From: Angustibacter luteus
GTDB taxonomy: Bacteria; Actinomycetota; Actinomycetes; Actinomycetales; Angustibacteraceae
DNA: 64,000 nucleotides
Direction: 5' to 3'
Assembly: GCF_039541115.1 (NCBI RefSeq)
Contig: NZ_BAABFP010000008.1
Location: forward strand, 248,001-312,000
In this document: one piece after another, positions 1 through 9,414 of the stretch
Position numbering within the stretch: the first letter of the stretch is position 1
Layout: the number at the start of each line of letters is the position of its first letter
Made by a program: the position numbers and the translations under genes
Notes under the pieces: model-generated
The model's database searches: none
The model's input: only the letters and a program-made list of their open reading frames with translations
Told to the model about the DNA's origin: nothing

Positions 1-89
1 ACGCTGGCCTGCTGGGCGGCGAGCAGCAGCGCGAAGCCGGCCAGCACGAGCTGGAGGGCAGCGAGCACCGTCCAGCCAGCTGACACCAC
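1..89 (-). CDS. N-terminus of a membrane protein (truncated by window edge), divergent from TetR
   Basis: Reverse strand reads GTG-VSAGWTVLAALQLVLAGFALLLAAQQAS (hydrophobic); TTGACC-N17-TATGGT promoter-like sequence upstream. Confidence 0.5.
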   Translation of the reverse strand, partial: MVSAGWTVLAALQLVLAGFALLLAAQQAS

Positions 90-119
90 TAACCCCCAAT
101 ACCCAACGTATCGACCATT

Positions 120-157
120 ACCATACTGCTTGTCTATTAGTAGGTCAACTGTATGCT
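120..157. promoter_or_regulatory. Overlapping divergent promoters and probable TetR operator
   Basis: Plus strand TTGTCT(130-135)-N16-TATGCT(152-157), 6 nt before GTG 164; minus strand TTGACC(148-143)-N17-TATGGT(125-120); imperfect inverted repeat CATAC...GTATG (122-155). Confidence 0.55.
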
Positions 158-163
158 GCGGAC

Positions 164-787
164 GTGACCGACCGACGACAACGCAAGTCGCGAGCCGCCC
201 TCCAGCAGGCCTTGATCACCCTCGTCGCGGCCAAACCGTATGACGCGATCACGGTGGAGGACATCACCGAGTACGCCGACGTCGCGCGGGCCACGTTCTA
301 CGCGCACGTCAAGGACAAGCCGGCGCTCCTCCTCGAGGTCAGCCAGCAGCTGGTCGCCGAGCTCACCGAGCGCGCCCAGGCCGTTGCCGCGCCCGAGCCG
401 CCGGTCTACACGGGCGGCGCGGTGTTCACGATCTTCGACCAGGCGGCGCGGCACCGTGCCCTGTACCGGCTGGTCATCAGCGGCGAGGGAGGCTCGGTGG
501 CCCGGACCGAGCTCGTCGCGGCCTTCGAGCGACTCACCGGCGCCGTCCTGACCCGGATGGTCGCGGCCCCCGCCCACGAACCGCGAGTCCCGATGGACGT
601 GATCACCACGGCGTACGTCGGGGCGATCCTGCTCACCCTCGAACGCTGGCTCGGTGAGCACCCCGACGCGGACTCGACCGACCCCGGCTCCCGACAGGTC
701 GCCACGGACTTCCTGCGCTCGCAGGTGGGCGGCCTGGAGTGGTCGCTCGGCTACCAGCCCGGCGAGGCCCGTTTCGAAAGGGCGTGA
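164..787 (+). CDS. TetR/AcrR family transcriptional regulator
   Basis: N-terminal [27 protein letters not shown]. Confidence 0.92.
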   Translation: MTDRRQRKSRAALQQALITLVAAKPYDAITVEDITEYADVARATFYAHVKDKPALLLEVSQQLVAELTERAQAVAAPEPPVYTGGAVFTIFDQAARHRALYRLVISGEGGSVARTELVAAFERLTGAVLTRMVAAPAHEPRVPMDVITTAYVGAILLTLERWLGEHPDADSTDPGSRQVATDFLRSQVGGLEWSLGYQPGEARFERA

Positions 788-860
788 CACCGGCCGCGAC
801 GTCCCAGCGCTGAGCACCCCCGTCGGTAGCGTGGAGGAGCCGTCGACGCAGGGAGGAACG

Positions 861-1568
861 GTGCTCGGACTTCCGGACCACGTGCAGGCCTGCCTGTTCG
901 ACCTGGACGGTGTGCTGACCGACACGGCGAGCGTGCACACGAAGGCGTGGACGGCGATGTTCGACGCGTACCTGCGCGAGCGCGCCGACCGCGGCGGCGA
1001 GCCGTTCCAGCCGTTCGACCCGGTCGCGGACTACCAGCGGTACGTCGACGGGCTGCCCCGCGACGACGGCGTCCGCACGTTCCTGGCCAGCCGGGGCATC
1101 GAGCTGGACGACGACGAGGTCACCGCGCTGGGCGACCGCAAGAACGCCGCGTTCCAGCAGACCCTGCACCGCGACGGCGTGCAGGTCTTCGAGGACGGCC
1201 GGCGCTACCTCGCCGCAGCAGCCGACGCGGGCCTGAAGATCGCGGTGGTCTCGTCCAGCGCGAACACCCAGGACGTCCTCGAGCTCACCGGGCTGGACCG
1301 GTTCGTGGAGCAGCGGGTCGACGGCGTGACGATCCGCGAGCAGCACCTGCGCGGCAAGCCGGCCCCGGACTCGTTCCTGCTCGGCGCGCAGCGCTTGGGC
1401 GTGCCCCCGGACGCCGCAGCCGTCTTCGAGGACGCACTGTCCGGCGTCGAGGCCGGGCGGGCGGGGCACTTCGGCATCGTCGTCGGCGTCGACCGGGTCG
1501 GCCACGCGGCCGCCCTGCGCAGCCACGGGGCGGACGTCGTCGTGCAGAGCCTGGAGGAGCTGCTGTGA
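861..1568 (+). CDS. Beta-phosphoglucomutase-family HAD hydrolase
   Basis: [17 protein letters not shown] and [11 protein letters not shown] motifs; GGAGG RBS before GTG 861; coupled to GH65. Confidence 0.9.
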   Translation: MLGLPDHVQACLFDLDGVLTDTASVHTKAWTAMFDAYLRERADRGGEPFQPFDPVADYQRYVDGLPRDDGVRTFLASRGIELDDDEVTALGDRKNAAFQQTLHRDGVQVFEDGRRYLAAAADAGLKIAVVSSSANTQDVLELTGLDRFVEQRVDGVTIREQHLRGKPAPDSFLLGAQRLGVPPDAAAVFEDALSGVEAGRAGHFGIVVGVDRVGHAAALRSHGADVVVQSLEELL

Positions 1569-3916
1569 TCGAGCAGGGCGCGTTCCCGGTCGAGCCGTGG
1601 CACATCCGCGAGACCCGGCTGGACCTGGGGCTGATCGCGCAGTCGGAGTCCATCTTCGCCCTGAGCAACGGCCACATCGGGCTGCGCGGCAACCTCGACG
1701 AGGGCGAACCCGCCGGGCTGCCCGGTACCTACCTCGGGTCCTTCTACGAGACCCGGCCGCTGCCCTACGCCGAGGCCGGGTTCGGCTACCCGGAGGACGG
1801 CCAGACGCTGGTGGACGTCACCAACGGCAAGGTGATCCGGCTGCTCGTCGACGACGAGCCGTTCGACGTCCGGTACGGCGAGCTGCTGGAGCACGAGCGG
1901 GTGCTCGACCTGCGCGCCGGGACGCTGCTGCGCACCGCGCGCTGGCGCTCCCCCGCGGGCAAGGAGGTCGCCATCACCTCGACCCGGCTGGTGTCCTTCG
2001 AGCAGCGTGGCGTGGCCGCGATCGAGTACGTCGTCGAGGCGCTCGACCAGTTCACCCGGGTGACGGTGCAGTCCGAGCTGGTCTCCAACGAGGACCAGCC
2101 GGTGACCTCCAAGGACCCGCGGGTGTCCGCGGCGCTGTCCCGGCCGCTGGAGCCGGTGATGCACGAGAAGGGCGAGCGCGGTGCGGTGCTGCTGCACCGC
2201 ACGCGTGCCAGTCAGCTGATGATGGCCGCCGGCATGGACCACGAGGTCGAGGTGCCGGGCCGGGTCGAGGTCGAGACCGACGCGGCGCCCGACTACGCGC
2301 GCACCACCATCATCTGCGGGCTGCGCCCCGGGCAGCGGCTGCGCATCGTCAAGTACCTGGCCTACGGCTGGTCCAGCCTGCGCACCCGGCCCGCGCTGCG
2401 CGACCAGGTCTCCGGCGCGCTGGCCAGCGCCCGCTACAGCGGCTGGCAGGGCCTGCTGGACGGGCAGCGGGCCTACCTGGACGAGTTCTGGGACGGCGCG
2501 GACGTCGAGGTCGAGGGCGACGCCGACATCCAGCAGGCCGTGCGGTTCGGGCTCTTCCACGTCCTGCAGGCCAGCGCCCGCGCCGAGCGTCGGGCCATCG
2601 CCGGCAAGGGACTCACCGGCCCCGGCTACGACGGGCACGCCTTCTGGGACACCGAGGCGTACGTGCTGCCGGTGCTGAGCTACACCGTGCCCGAGGCCGC
2701 GGCGGACGCCCTGCGCTGGCGCGCGTCCACCCTCGACCTGGCCCGCGCCCGCGCCGAGCAGCTCGGCCTCAAGGGGGCGACGTTCCCCTGGCGCACCATC
2801 CGCGGCCACGAGTGCTCGGCCTACTGGCCGGCCGGCACCGCCGCCTGGCACGTCAACGCCGACATCGCCGCGGCCTTCGAGCGCCACCGCCTCGTCACCG
2901 GGACCGACGACCTCGAGCGCGAGTGCGGGCTGGAGGTGCTGGTCGAGACGGCCCGGCTCTGGATGTCGTTGGGCCACCACGACCGGCACGGCGTCTGGCA
3001 CATCGACGGGGTCACCGGCCCCGACGAGTACACGGCCATCGTCCGCGACAACGTCTTCACCAACCTGATGGCGGCGCACAACCTGCGCTGCGCGGCCGAC
3101 GCCTCCGTGCGGCACCCGGAGCAGGCGCTCGCCCTGGGCGTGGACACCGAGGAGGCGGCCGCCTGGCGGGACACCGCGGACGACGTCGCCCTGCCCTACG
3201 ACGCGGACCTCGGCGTGCACCAGCAGTGCGAGGGCTTCACCACGTTCGCCGAGTGGGACTTCGCCGCGAGCACCGACCGCTACCCGCTGCTGCTGCACGA
3301 GCCCTACGTGCGGCTCTACCCGGCGCAGGTGATCAAGCAGGCCGACCTGGTGCTGGCCATGCAGTTCCAGGGCCACGCCTTCACCGACGACCAGAAGGCC
3401 CGCAACGTCGACTACTACGAGCGCAGGACGGTGCGCGACTCCTCGCTGTCGGCCTGCACCCAGGCGGTGATGTGCGCCGAGGTCGGCCACCTGGAGCTGG
3501 CCCACGACTACGCGTACGAGGCCGCCGCCATCGACCTGCGGGACCTGCACCACAACACCCGCGACGGCCTGCACATGGCCTCGCTGGCCGGCGCGTGGAC
3601 CGCCCTGGTGGCCGGCTTCGGCGGCCTGCGGGACGACGAGGGCGTGCTGTCGCTGGACCCGCAGCTGCCGGAGTCCATCACCCGGCTGACCTTCCGGCTG
3701 CGCTGGCGCGACGTCCGGCTCACCGTGGACATCGACCACCGGCACGTCCGGTACTCGATCCGGGACGGCGCGGACGCCCGGCTCACGCTGCGGCACGCCG
3801 GCGAGCTCGTCGAGATCACCTCGGACGCCCACGTCGAGCGTGAGCTGCGGCGCCGCCGCGCCCTGCTGCCCCCACCGCCTCAGCCCCTCGGACGACGTCC
3901 GGCCGGGCGCAGCTGA
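1565..3916 (+). CDS. Glycoside hydrolase family 65 (trehalose/maltose/kojibiose phosphorylase-like)
   Basis: [44 protein letters not shown] and DSSLS motifs; GTGA overlap with upstream gene. Confidence 0.93.
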   Translation: MIEQGAFPVEPWHIRETRLDLGLIAQSESIFALSNGHIGLRGNLDEGEPAGLPGTYLGSFYETRPLPYAEAGFGYPEDGQTLVDVTNGKVIRLLVDDEPFDVRYGELLEHERVLDLRAGTLLRTARWRSPAGKEVAITSTRLVSFEQRGVAAIEYVVEALDQFTRVTVQSELVSNEDQPVTSKDPRVSAALSRPLEPVMHEKGERGAVLLHRTRASQLMMAAGMDHEVEVPGRVEVETDAAPDYARTTIICGLRPGQRLRIVKYLAYGWSSLRTRPALRDQVSGALASARYSGWQGLLDGQRAYLDEFWDGADVEVEGDADIQQAVRFGLFHVLQASARAERRAIAGKGLTGPGYDGHAFWDTEAYVLPVLSYTVPEAAADALRWRASTLDLARARAEQLGLKGATFPWRTIRGHECSAYWPAGTAAWHVNADIAAAFERHRLVTGTDDLERECGLEVLVETARLWMSLGHHDRHGVWHIDGVTGPDEYTAIVRDNVFTNLMAAHNLRCAADASVRHPEQALALGVDTEEAAAWRDTADDVALPYDADLGVHQQCEGFTTFAEWDFAASTDRYPLLLHEPYVRLYPAQVIKQADLVLAMQFQGHAFTDDQKARNVDYYERRTVRDSSLSACTQAVMCAEVGHLELAHDYAYEAAAIDLRDLHHNTRDGLHMASLAGAWTALVAGFGGLRDDEGVLSLDPQLPESITRLTFRLRWRDVRLTVDIDHRHVRYSIRDGADARLTLRHAGELVEITSDAHVERELRRRRALLPPPPQPLGRRPAGRS

Positions 3917-4923
3917 CCCGTGTCTCCCGCGGGGTCCGGCGGCGCGCTGATCCGGGCGCGGAAGACCCAGTACGACCAGCCTTGGTAGAGCAGCACGAGC
4001 GGGAAGACAGCGACGGCGACCCAGGTCATCACCGTGAGGGCGTAGTGGCTGGCGGCGGTGTCGGCGACGGTGAGGGTGTTGGCGGCGCTCGTCGAGGAGA
4101 CCAGCACGGCGGGGTAGAGGTTGGCGAACAGCGCCGCGACCACCCCGCCGACCGTCAGGGCGCTCGCCGCGAAGGCCTGGCCGCCGCGCTCGGCCCGGAC
4201 GAGGACCACGGCCGCCGCCGCGGCCACCACCGGAACGGCGGCCGCGAGGATCCGCCAGGCCCCGGCGTCCGAGATCGCGACGGTCCACACCGCGTACACC
4301 GCGACGCAGACCAGGGTCGGGACGCCGAGCCGGCGGGCGAGCTCACGCGACCGCACGACGACGGGGCCGGTCGTCCGCAGGCCGAGGAACGTGGCGCCGT
4401 GGCTCGCACAGAGGACGAGCAGCGTCAGCCCGAGCCACAGCCCGTAGGGGGTGAGCAGGTCCCAGAAGGTCCCGGTGAACTCCTGCGAGGAGTCGATGGG
4501 CAGCCCGGCCAGCAGATCGCCCAGCGCGACGCCGAGCAGGAGCGGCGTGAGCAGCGATCCGATGGTCAGCGCCCAGCTCCAGGTGCCCCGCCAGCGGTCG
4601 GTGTCGAGCTTGGCCCGCCACTCGAACGACACCCCGCGCAGGATCAGCGCCACGATCACCAGCATCAGGGCGAGGTAGCCGGCCGAGAACCAGGTCGCGT
4701 ACCAGGACGGGAACGCCGCGAAGATCGCCGCGCCACCGACGATGAGCCAGACCTCGTTGCCGTCCCAGAGCGGGCCGATCGCGTTGATGGCGACGCGGCG
4801 CTCGGTGTCCGTGCGGCCGACGACCTGGTGCAGGACCCCGACCCCGAAGTCGAAGCCCTCAAGGACGAAGAAGCCGGTCCAGAAGACCGCGATGATGATG
4901 AACCAGAGGACGTCCAGACTCAT
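3880..4923 (-). CDS. cydB: Cytochrome bd ubiquinol oxidase subunit II
   Basis: LEGFDFGVG and IGPLWDGNEVWL motifs, multiple TM helices. Confidence 0.95.
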   Translation of the reverse strand: MSLDVLWFIIIAVFWTGFFVLEGFDFGVGVLHQVVGRTDTERRVAINAIGPLWDGNEVWLIVGGAAIFAAFPSWYATWFSAGYLALMLVIVALILRGVSFEWRAKLDTDRWRGTWSWALTIGSLLTPLLLGVALGDLLAGLPIDSSQEFTGTFWDLLTPYGLWLGLTLLVLCASHGATFLGLRTTGPVVVRSRELARRLGVPTLVCVAVYAVWTVAISDAGAWRILAAAVPVVAAAAAVVLVRAERGGQAFAASALTVGGVVAALFANLYPAVLVSSTSAANTLTVADTAASHYALTVMTWVAVAVFPLVLLYQGWSYWVFRARISAPPDPAGDTGQLRPAGRRPRG

Positions 4924-4932
4924 GCCGCCACC

Positions 4933-6354
4933 TCAGTAGGTCAGGGCCGGCGATCGGGGGAACAGCGAGTCCGGGTCGTCCGGCGCCGCGGGGTCCTCGG
5001 CGTCCTCGTCCAGCGGACGTCGCGCGAAGCGGAGCATCAGGAAGCCCCAGACCGCGCCCAGGGCCAGGTAGAGCACCCAGAAGATGCCGAGGCTGAGCGC
5101 CACCTCGGCCAGGCTGACCGATGGCGAGTTGCCGTCCTTCGTGCGCAGCAGGCCCTGCACCACCCAGGGCTGGCGCCCGTTCTCGGTCAGCAGCCAGCCG
5201 GCCGTGTTCATCGCGAAGGGCGCGAGGAAGGCCCAGGTGGACACCCACAGGAACAGCCGGGCCGACGTCAGCTTGTGCCGCCGCCACAGCCAGAGCCCCC
5301 ACAGGCCGAGCAGCGGGAGCACCGAGCCCAGGTAGGCCATGACCCGCATCGACCAGTACTGGATGAAGACGTTCGGGATGTAGTCGCCCGGGCCGTACTT
5401 CTGCTGGTACTGGGCCTGCAGCTCGTTGAGACCCACGACCTGCCCGTCCAACGAACCGGTCGCCAGGATCGACAGCAGGTGCGGGATCTCGATGATCTTG
5501 GTGGCCTGCTGGTCGTCACTGGTCCACCCGCCCACCTGCGCGGCCGAGAACGAGCAGGGCGCGCAGGTGTCCCACTGCCCTTCCATCGCGGCGACCTTCA
5601 TCGGCTGGTACGTGGTCTCGATGACGCCGAGGTGGCTGCCCACGCCGAGCGTGACCGCCGAGACGGGCAGCAGCAGGGCCAGCGCCAGCATCATCGAGCG
5701 GACGAAGACCTCGGGGCTGGTCCCGCGGCGGACCTGCCAGGCGGACACCGAGAGCACGAGCAGCGTGCCGGTGACCAGCGACGCCAGCAGGACGTGGGCA
5801 TAGCCCCAGACGAACACCGGGTTGGTGAACAGCGCACCGATCGACGTCAGCTCCGGACGCCCGGTGCTGGCATTGATCTCGTAGCCGACGGGGTGCTGCA
5901 TCCACGAGTTCGCGGCCATGATGAACCCGGCCGACAGTGCCGCCCCGAACGCCACCGCCCAGATCGTCGCGAGGTGCACCCTGCGCGGCAGGATGTCCCA
6001 GCCGAACAGCCACAGCCCCAGGAACGTGGACTCCAGGAAGAACGCGCCGAGTCCCTCCATCGCGAGCGGCGCACCGAACACGTCCCCGACGAACCGGGAG
6101 TACTGCGACCAGTTCATGCCGAACTCGAACTCCTGCACGATGCCGGTCACGACGCCGATCGCGATGTTGATGACCAGCAGGCGTCCGAAGAACCGCGTGA
6201 GCTTTCGCAGCGCCGGGTCCTGGGAGCGGAACCACATCGTCTGCAGCACCGCTACCAGGAACGCCAGCCCGATCGTGATCGGCACGAACAGGAAGTGGTA
6301 GATCGTCGTCGTCGCGAACTGCAACCGCGACAGGTCCAGCTGACTGATGTCCAC
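4933..6354 (-). CDS. cydA: Cytochrome bd ubiquinol oxidase subunit I
   Basis: LSRLQFATTTIYHFLFVP, QEFEFGMNWS, NSWMQHP, QPMKVAAME and GRQPW motifs. Confidence 0.96.
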   Translation of the reverse strand: MDISQLDLSRLQFATTTIYHFLFVPITIGLAFLVAVLQTMWFRSQDPALRKLTRFFGRLLVINIAIGVVTGIVQEFEFGMNWSQYSRFVGDVFGAPLAMEGLGAFFLESTFLGLWLFGWDILPRRVHLATIWAVAFGAALSAGFIMAANSWMQHPVGYEINASTGRPELTSIGALFTNPVFVWGYAHVLLASLVTGTLLVLSVSAWQVRRGTSPEVFVRSMMLALALLLPVSAVTLGVGSHLGVIETTYQPMKVAAMEGQWDTCAPCSFSAAQVGGWTSDDQQATKIIEIPHLLSILATGSLDGQVVGLNELQAQYQQKYGPGDYIPNVFIQYWSMRVMAYLGSVLPLLGLWGLWLWRRHKLTSARLFLWVSTWAFLAPFAMNTAGWLLTENGRQPWVVQGLLRTKDGNSPSVSLAEVALSLGIFWVLYLALGAVWGFLMLRFARRPLDEDAEDPAAPDDPDSLFPRSPALTY

Positions 6355-6382
6355 CGCTGCCTCCCCTGCCTTCCCTGCCGGC

Positions 6383-6895
6383 TCAGCCGCCGCTCATACC
6401 CGCCTGCGCCTGCGCCAGTGCTTCCTTGAGCTTCTTGGCACCGCCCCCGTCGATCGGGGCGACGGAGCTCCGGACGGCGCTGACGAGCGTGGTCTGCACG
6501 GTGGTGCTCTTGGCCCGGTCGTAGATCGCGATGATGCCGGCCGAGCCGGGCGGCAGGGCTGCGCCGAGCTTGTCTCCCAACCCGCTCTCCACCTTGTGCT
6601 GGGCGAACTTCCCGATCAGGGCACCGGCCGCCCCACCGACGACCGCCGCCGCGAGCAACGGCGGGGAGAACAGCCCGACGACGAGGCCGACGCCGCCGCC
6701 GAGCTTCGCCCCCTTGCGGCCCAGGTGGTCTCCGGTCTCGGTGACCGTGACCTCGCCGTCCGCGTCGACCGAGACCAGGGCCACGCCCTCCACCTCGAGC
6801 TCCTTGGCCTCGACGAGGGCGACCAGGGCGTCGAAGTCCTGCTGCGCCAGGTCGGGGATCAGGTAGGCGGCGATGACGACGTCGAAGTCAGGCAT
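6383..6895 (-). CDS. DUF1269-like membrane-associated protein
   Basis: Gly/Ala-rich hairpin GAKLGGGVGLVVGLFSPPLLAAAVVGGAAGALIG followed by LPPGSAGIIAI; overlaps sulfatase stop. Confidence 0.75.
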   Translation of the reverse strand: MPDFDVVIAAYLIPDLAQQDFDALVALVEAKELEVEGVALVSVDADGEVTVTETGDHLGRKGAKLGGGVGLVVGLFSPPLLAAAVVGGAAGALIGKFAQHKVESGLGDKLGAALPPGSAGIIAIYDRAKSTTVQTTLVSAVRSSVAPIDGGGAKKLKEALAQAQAGMSGG

Positions 6896-9293
6896 TGATA
6901 CCTCGCACGGTGTCGACCTGGCCGGAATGGGCGTGCAGGTCGATCTCGTCGTCGGCGTCGTCGTGCGGAGCCACGTCGAAGACCACCTTTCTCACTGTTC
7001 CGGTGAACGCGAACGGCGCCTTGTCGGCGTACGTGCGGTCGACCACCAGGCCGTTGTCCTGGCCGACGTCCAGACCCGAGTAGCCGCTGAAGCCGAACGG
7101 GACGGTGTGGTCCAGCCGCCCGCCACCGACGGGCTCGCCGTTGATGACCAGCGTGACGTCGCCGGGCGTGGCCGGCTTGGCCTCGTCGGCCACGAACCGC
7201 ATCTGGACGTTCACCTCACCGGTGGGCAGCGGACCGGTCGACTCCTGGCGGTACTCGAACACCCCCAGGAAGGCGTAGGTGTGCTTGAGCTTGCCGTCCT
7301 CCACGAACAGCGAGAACCCGCCGAGGTGGTTGGCGTCGGCGACGATGACGCCCTCGGCGCCGCCGTCCGGGATGTGCAGGTCGGCGCTGATCGTGTACGA
7401 GTGGTTGTAGATCCGCGGCACGAGCCCGGGCGCGACGTTCTGCACGTTGCCGTAGTAGGTGGTGGTCGTGTTCGACCCGAGCGGCGGCAGGATGCCGAAG
7501 AAGGGCGCGAAGCCCGACAGCAAGGGCTTGATGTGGTACTTCTCCGCCTCCTCCCAGAACAGCGCCTGCAGCTCCTTCACCTTCTCCGGGTGCTCGGCCG
7601 CCAGGTCGTTCGCCTGTGCGAAGTCGTCCGGCAGGTAGTAGAGCTCGACCGGGTCGTCGTCCGGGTTCCACACGCCCGGCGCGAACGCCTTGAGCATCTC
7701 GGGGTCGAGCCGCCAGGGGATCCGCGGCATCCGCATCGAGAGCCACCATCCGTCCTGGTACATGGCCCGGTTGCCGAAGTTCTCAAAGTACTGCTGGGTG
7801 TGCCGTTCGGGGGCCTGCGCGTCGGTGAACGAGTCGGCGAAGCTCACCCCGGTCATCGGTTGCTGCTCGATGCCGTCGACCAGGGTGGGCTGCGGGATGC
7901 CGGCCAGGTCGAGGATCGTCGGCCCGATGTCGGTGACATGGGTGAACTGCGACCGGATGCTGCCGGCGTCCTGGATCCGCTCGGGCCACCGGACGACGAG
8001 CGGGTTGCGGGTGCCCCCCAGGTGCGAGGCGACCTGCTTGCCCCACTGGAAGGGAGTGTTGCTCGCCCAGGCCCAGGCGGTCGAGTAGTGCGGGTACATC
8101 ATCTCGGTGCCCCAGGCCTCCAGCCCGCCCCACTTGAGCGCGAGCTGCATCTGCTCCTCGTCGGTCAGCGGCAGGCCGTTGACCATCGTCCCCTCGTTGA
8201 ACGACCCGGTGGGCGTGCCCTCCAGGCTCGCGCCGTTGTCACCCCAGATCCAGACGACGACCGTGTTGTCGAGCTCGCCCATCTCCTCGATCGCGGCCAG
8301 CAGCCGGCCGACGTGGTGGTCGGCGTTCTCGGAGTAGCCGGCGTAGACCTCCATCTGGTGCGCGAACAGCCGCTTGGCGTTCTCCGACAACGAGTCCCAG
8401 GCCGGCATCTCCGCATCCCGCGGAGTGAGCACGGCATCCTCGGGGACCACCCCGATGGCCTTCTGCCGGGCGAACGTCTCCTCGCGCAGCTGGTCCCACC
8501 CCTGGTCGAACTGCCCCTTGTACTTGTCCGACCACTCCTTCGCGACGTGGTGCGGCGCGTGGCTGCAACCCGTGGAGTAGTAGAGCATCCAGGGCTTGTC
8601 GGAGTCGTGGCCCCGGACACCGTGCAGCCAGTCGATCGCCTGGTCGGTCATCGCCTCCGGGAAGTAGAACGGCTTGCCGTCCTTGCCTTCCAGCACACCG
8701 ATGAACTTCTGGTTCTCGGCGATCATGGTGTCGTACTGGCCGGCCTCGGGAGCCAGGAAGCCCCAGTAGTAGTCGAAGCCCCAGGCGTTGGGCCAGTGGT
8801 TGAACGGTCCGGCCGGGCCCTGCTCCTTCTCCGGAGTCAGGTGCCACTTGCCGACGCACGCCGTCGAGTACCCGTTCTCGTTCAGCACCTTCGGGAAGGG
8901 CGCCGCATCGCGCGGCAGCATCGCCGAGTACCCCGGGAACCCGCAGGAGAACTCCGGGATGCCACCCATGCCCACGGCGTGGTGGTTGCGACCGGTGAGC
9001 AGGGCCGCCCGGGTCGGCGAGCACATCGCCGTCACGTGGAAGCGGTTGTAGCGCACGCCCTGCTCGGCCATCCGGTCGTAGTGCGGCGTGCTGATCGGGC
9101 CGCCGAAGCCGCTCGGGTTGCCGAACCCGGCGTCGTCGATGAGCACGAGCAGCACGTTCGGCGCCCCCTCGGGGGCCTGGGCGTGGCCGATCAGGCCCCA
9201 GTCCGGGGTCGACCCGCCGAGTGTCTTCTCGGCGACGCCCTGGAACGGTGGGCGACGGATGGGCAGGACGGTCCGGTCGAAGTCGTCAGTCAT
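6888..9293 (-). CDS. Arylsulfatase (Cys-type, formylglycine-dependent; mycobacterial AtsA/D-like) with C-terminal beta domain
   Basis: PNVLLVLIDDAG, CSPTRAALLTGRNHH, GKWHL, HAPHH and GDNGAS motifs; no signal peptide. Confidence 0.95.
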   Translation of the reverse strand: MTDDFDRTVLPIRRPPFQGVAEKTLGGSTPDWGLIGHAQAPEGAPNVLLVLIDDAGFGNPSGFGGPISTPHYDRMAEQGVRYNRFHVTAMCSPTRAALLTGRNHHAVGMGGIPEFSCGFPGYSAMLPRDAAPFPKVLNENGYSTACVGKWHLTPEKEQGPAGPFNHWPNAWGFDYYWGFLAPEAGQYDTMIAENQKFIGVLEGKDGKPFYFPEAMTDQAIDWLHGVRGHDSDKPWMLYYSTGCSHAPHHVAKEWSDKYKGQFDQGWDQLREETFARQKAIGVVPEDAVLTPRDAEMPAWDSLSENAKRLFAHQMEVYAGYSENADHHVGRLLAAIEEMGELDNTVVVWIWGDNGASLEGTPTGSFNEGTMVNGLPLTDEEQMQLALKWGGLEAWGTEMMYPHYSTAWAWASNTPFQWGKQVASHLGGTRNPLVVRWPERIQDAGSIRSQFTHVTDIGPTILDLAGIPQPTLVDGIEQQPMTGVSFADSFTDAQAPERHTQQYFENFGNRAMYQDGWWLSMRMPRIPWRLDPEMLKAFAPGVWNPDDDPVELYYLPDDFAQANDLAAEHPEKVKELQALFWEEAEKYHIKPLLSGFAPFFGILPPLGSNTTTTYYGNVQNVAPGLVPRIYNHSYTISADLHIPDGGAEGVIVADANHLGGFSLFVEDGKLKHTYAFLGVFEYRQESTGPLPTGEVNVQMRFVADEAKPATPGDVTLVINGEPVGGGRLDHTVPFGFSGYSGLDVGQDNGLVVDRTYADKAPFAFTGTVRKVVFDVAPHDDADDEIDLHAHSGQVDTVRGINA

Positions 9294-9387
9294 GTCAGCC
9301 CTCGTGTCTCGTCGCCGTCATCATGACTCGTTCGCCCGCAATGGTGCGCGCGTTCTGTAACCCTCTCCCCTTCGCGTTCGACGGGGA

Positions 9388-9404
9388 CCACCCGTTCTGG
9401 GTGA
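9388..9404 (-). promoter_or_regulatory. Palindromic activator-like site 1 (TCACCC-N5-GGGTGG on transcribed strand) upstream of sulfatase
   Basis: Plus strand CCACCC-GTTCT-GGGTGA; -10-like GAGGGT at 9365-9360, 22 nt downstream on minus strand. Confidence 0.65.
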
Positions 9405-9414
9405 ATACTCCTAC

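Noticed and set aside
1205..4288. Very long antisense or alternate-frame ORFs (e.g. 1027 aa here; also 3982-6429, 6873-9326, 26070-29150, 49042-51498, 56123-58996)
   Set aside because: Shadow ORFs of real genes caused by stop-codon scarcity in high-GC DNA; Arg/Pro/Gly-rich with no recognisable motifs.
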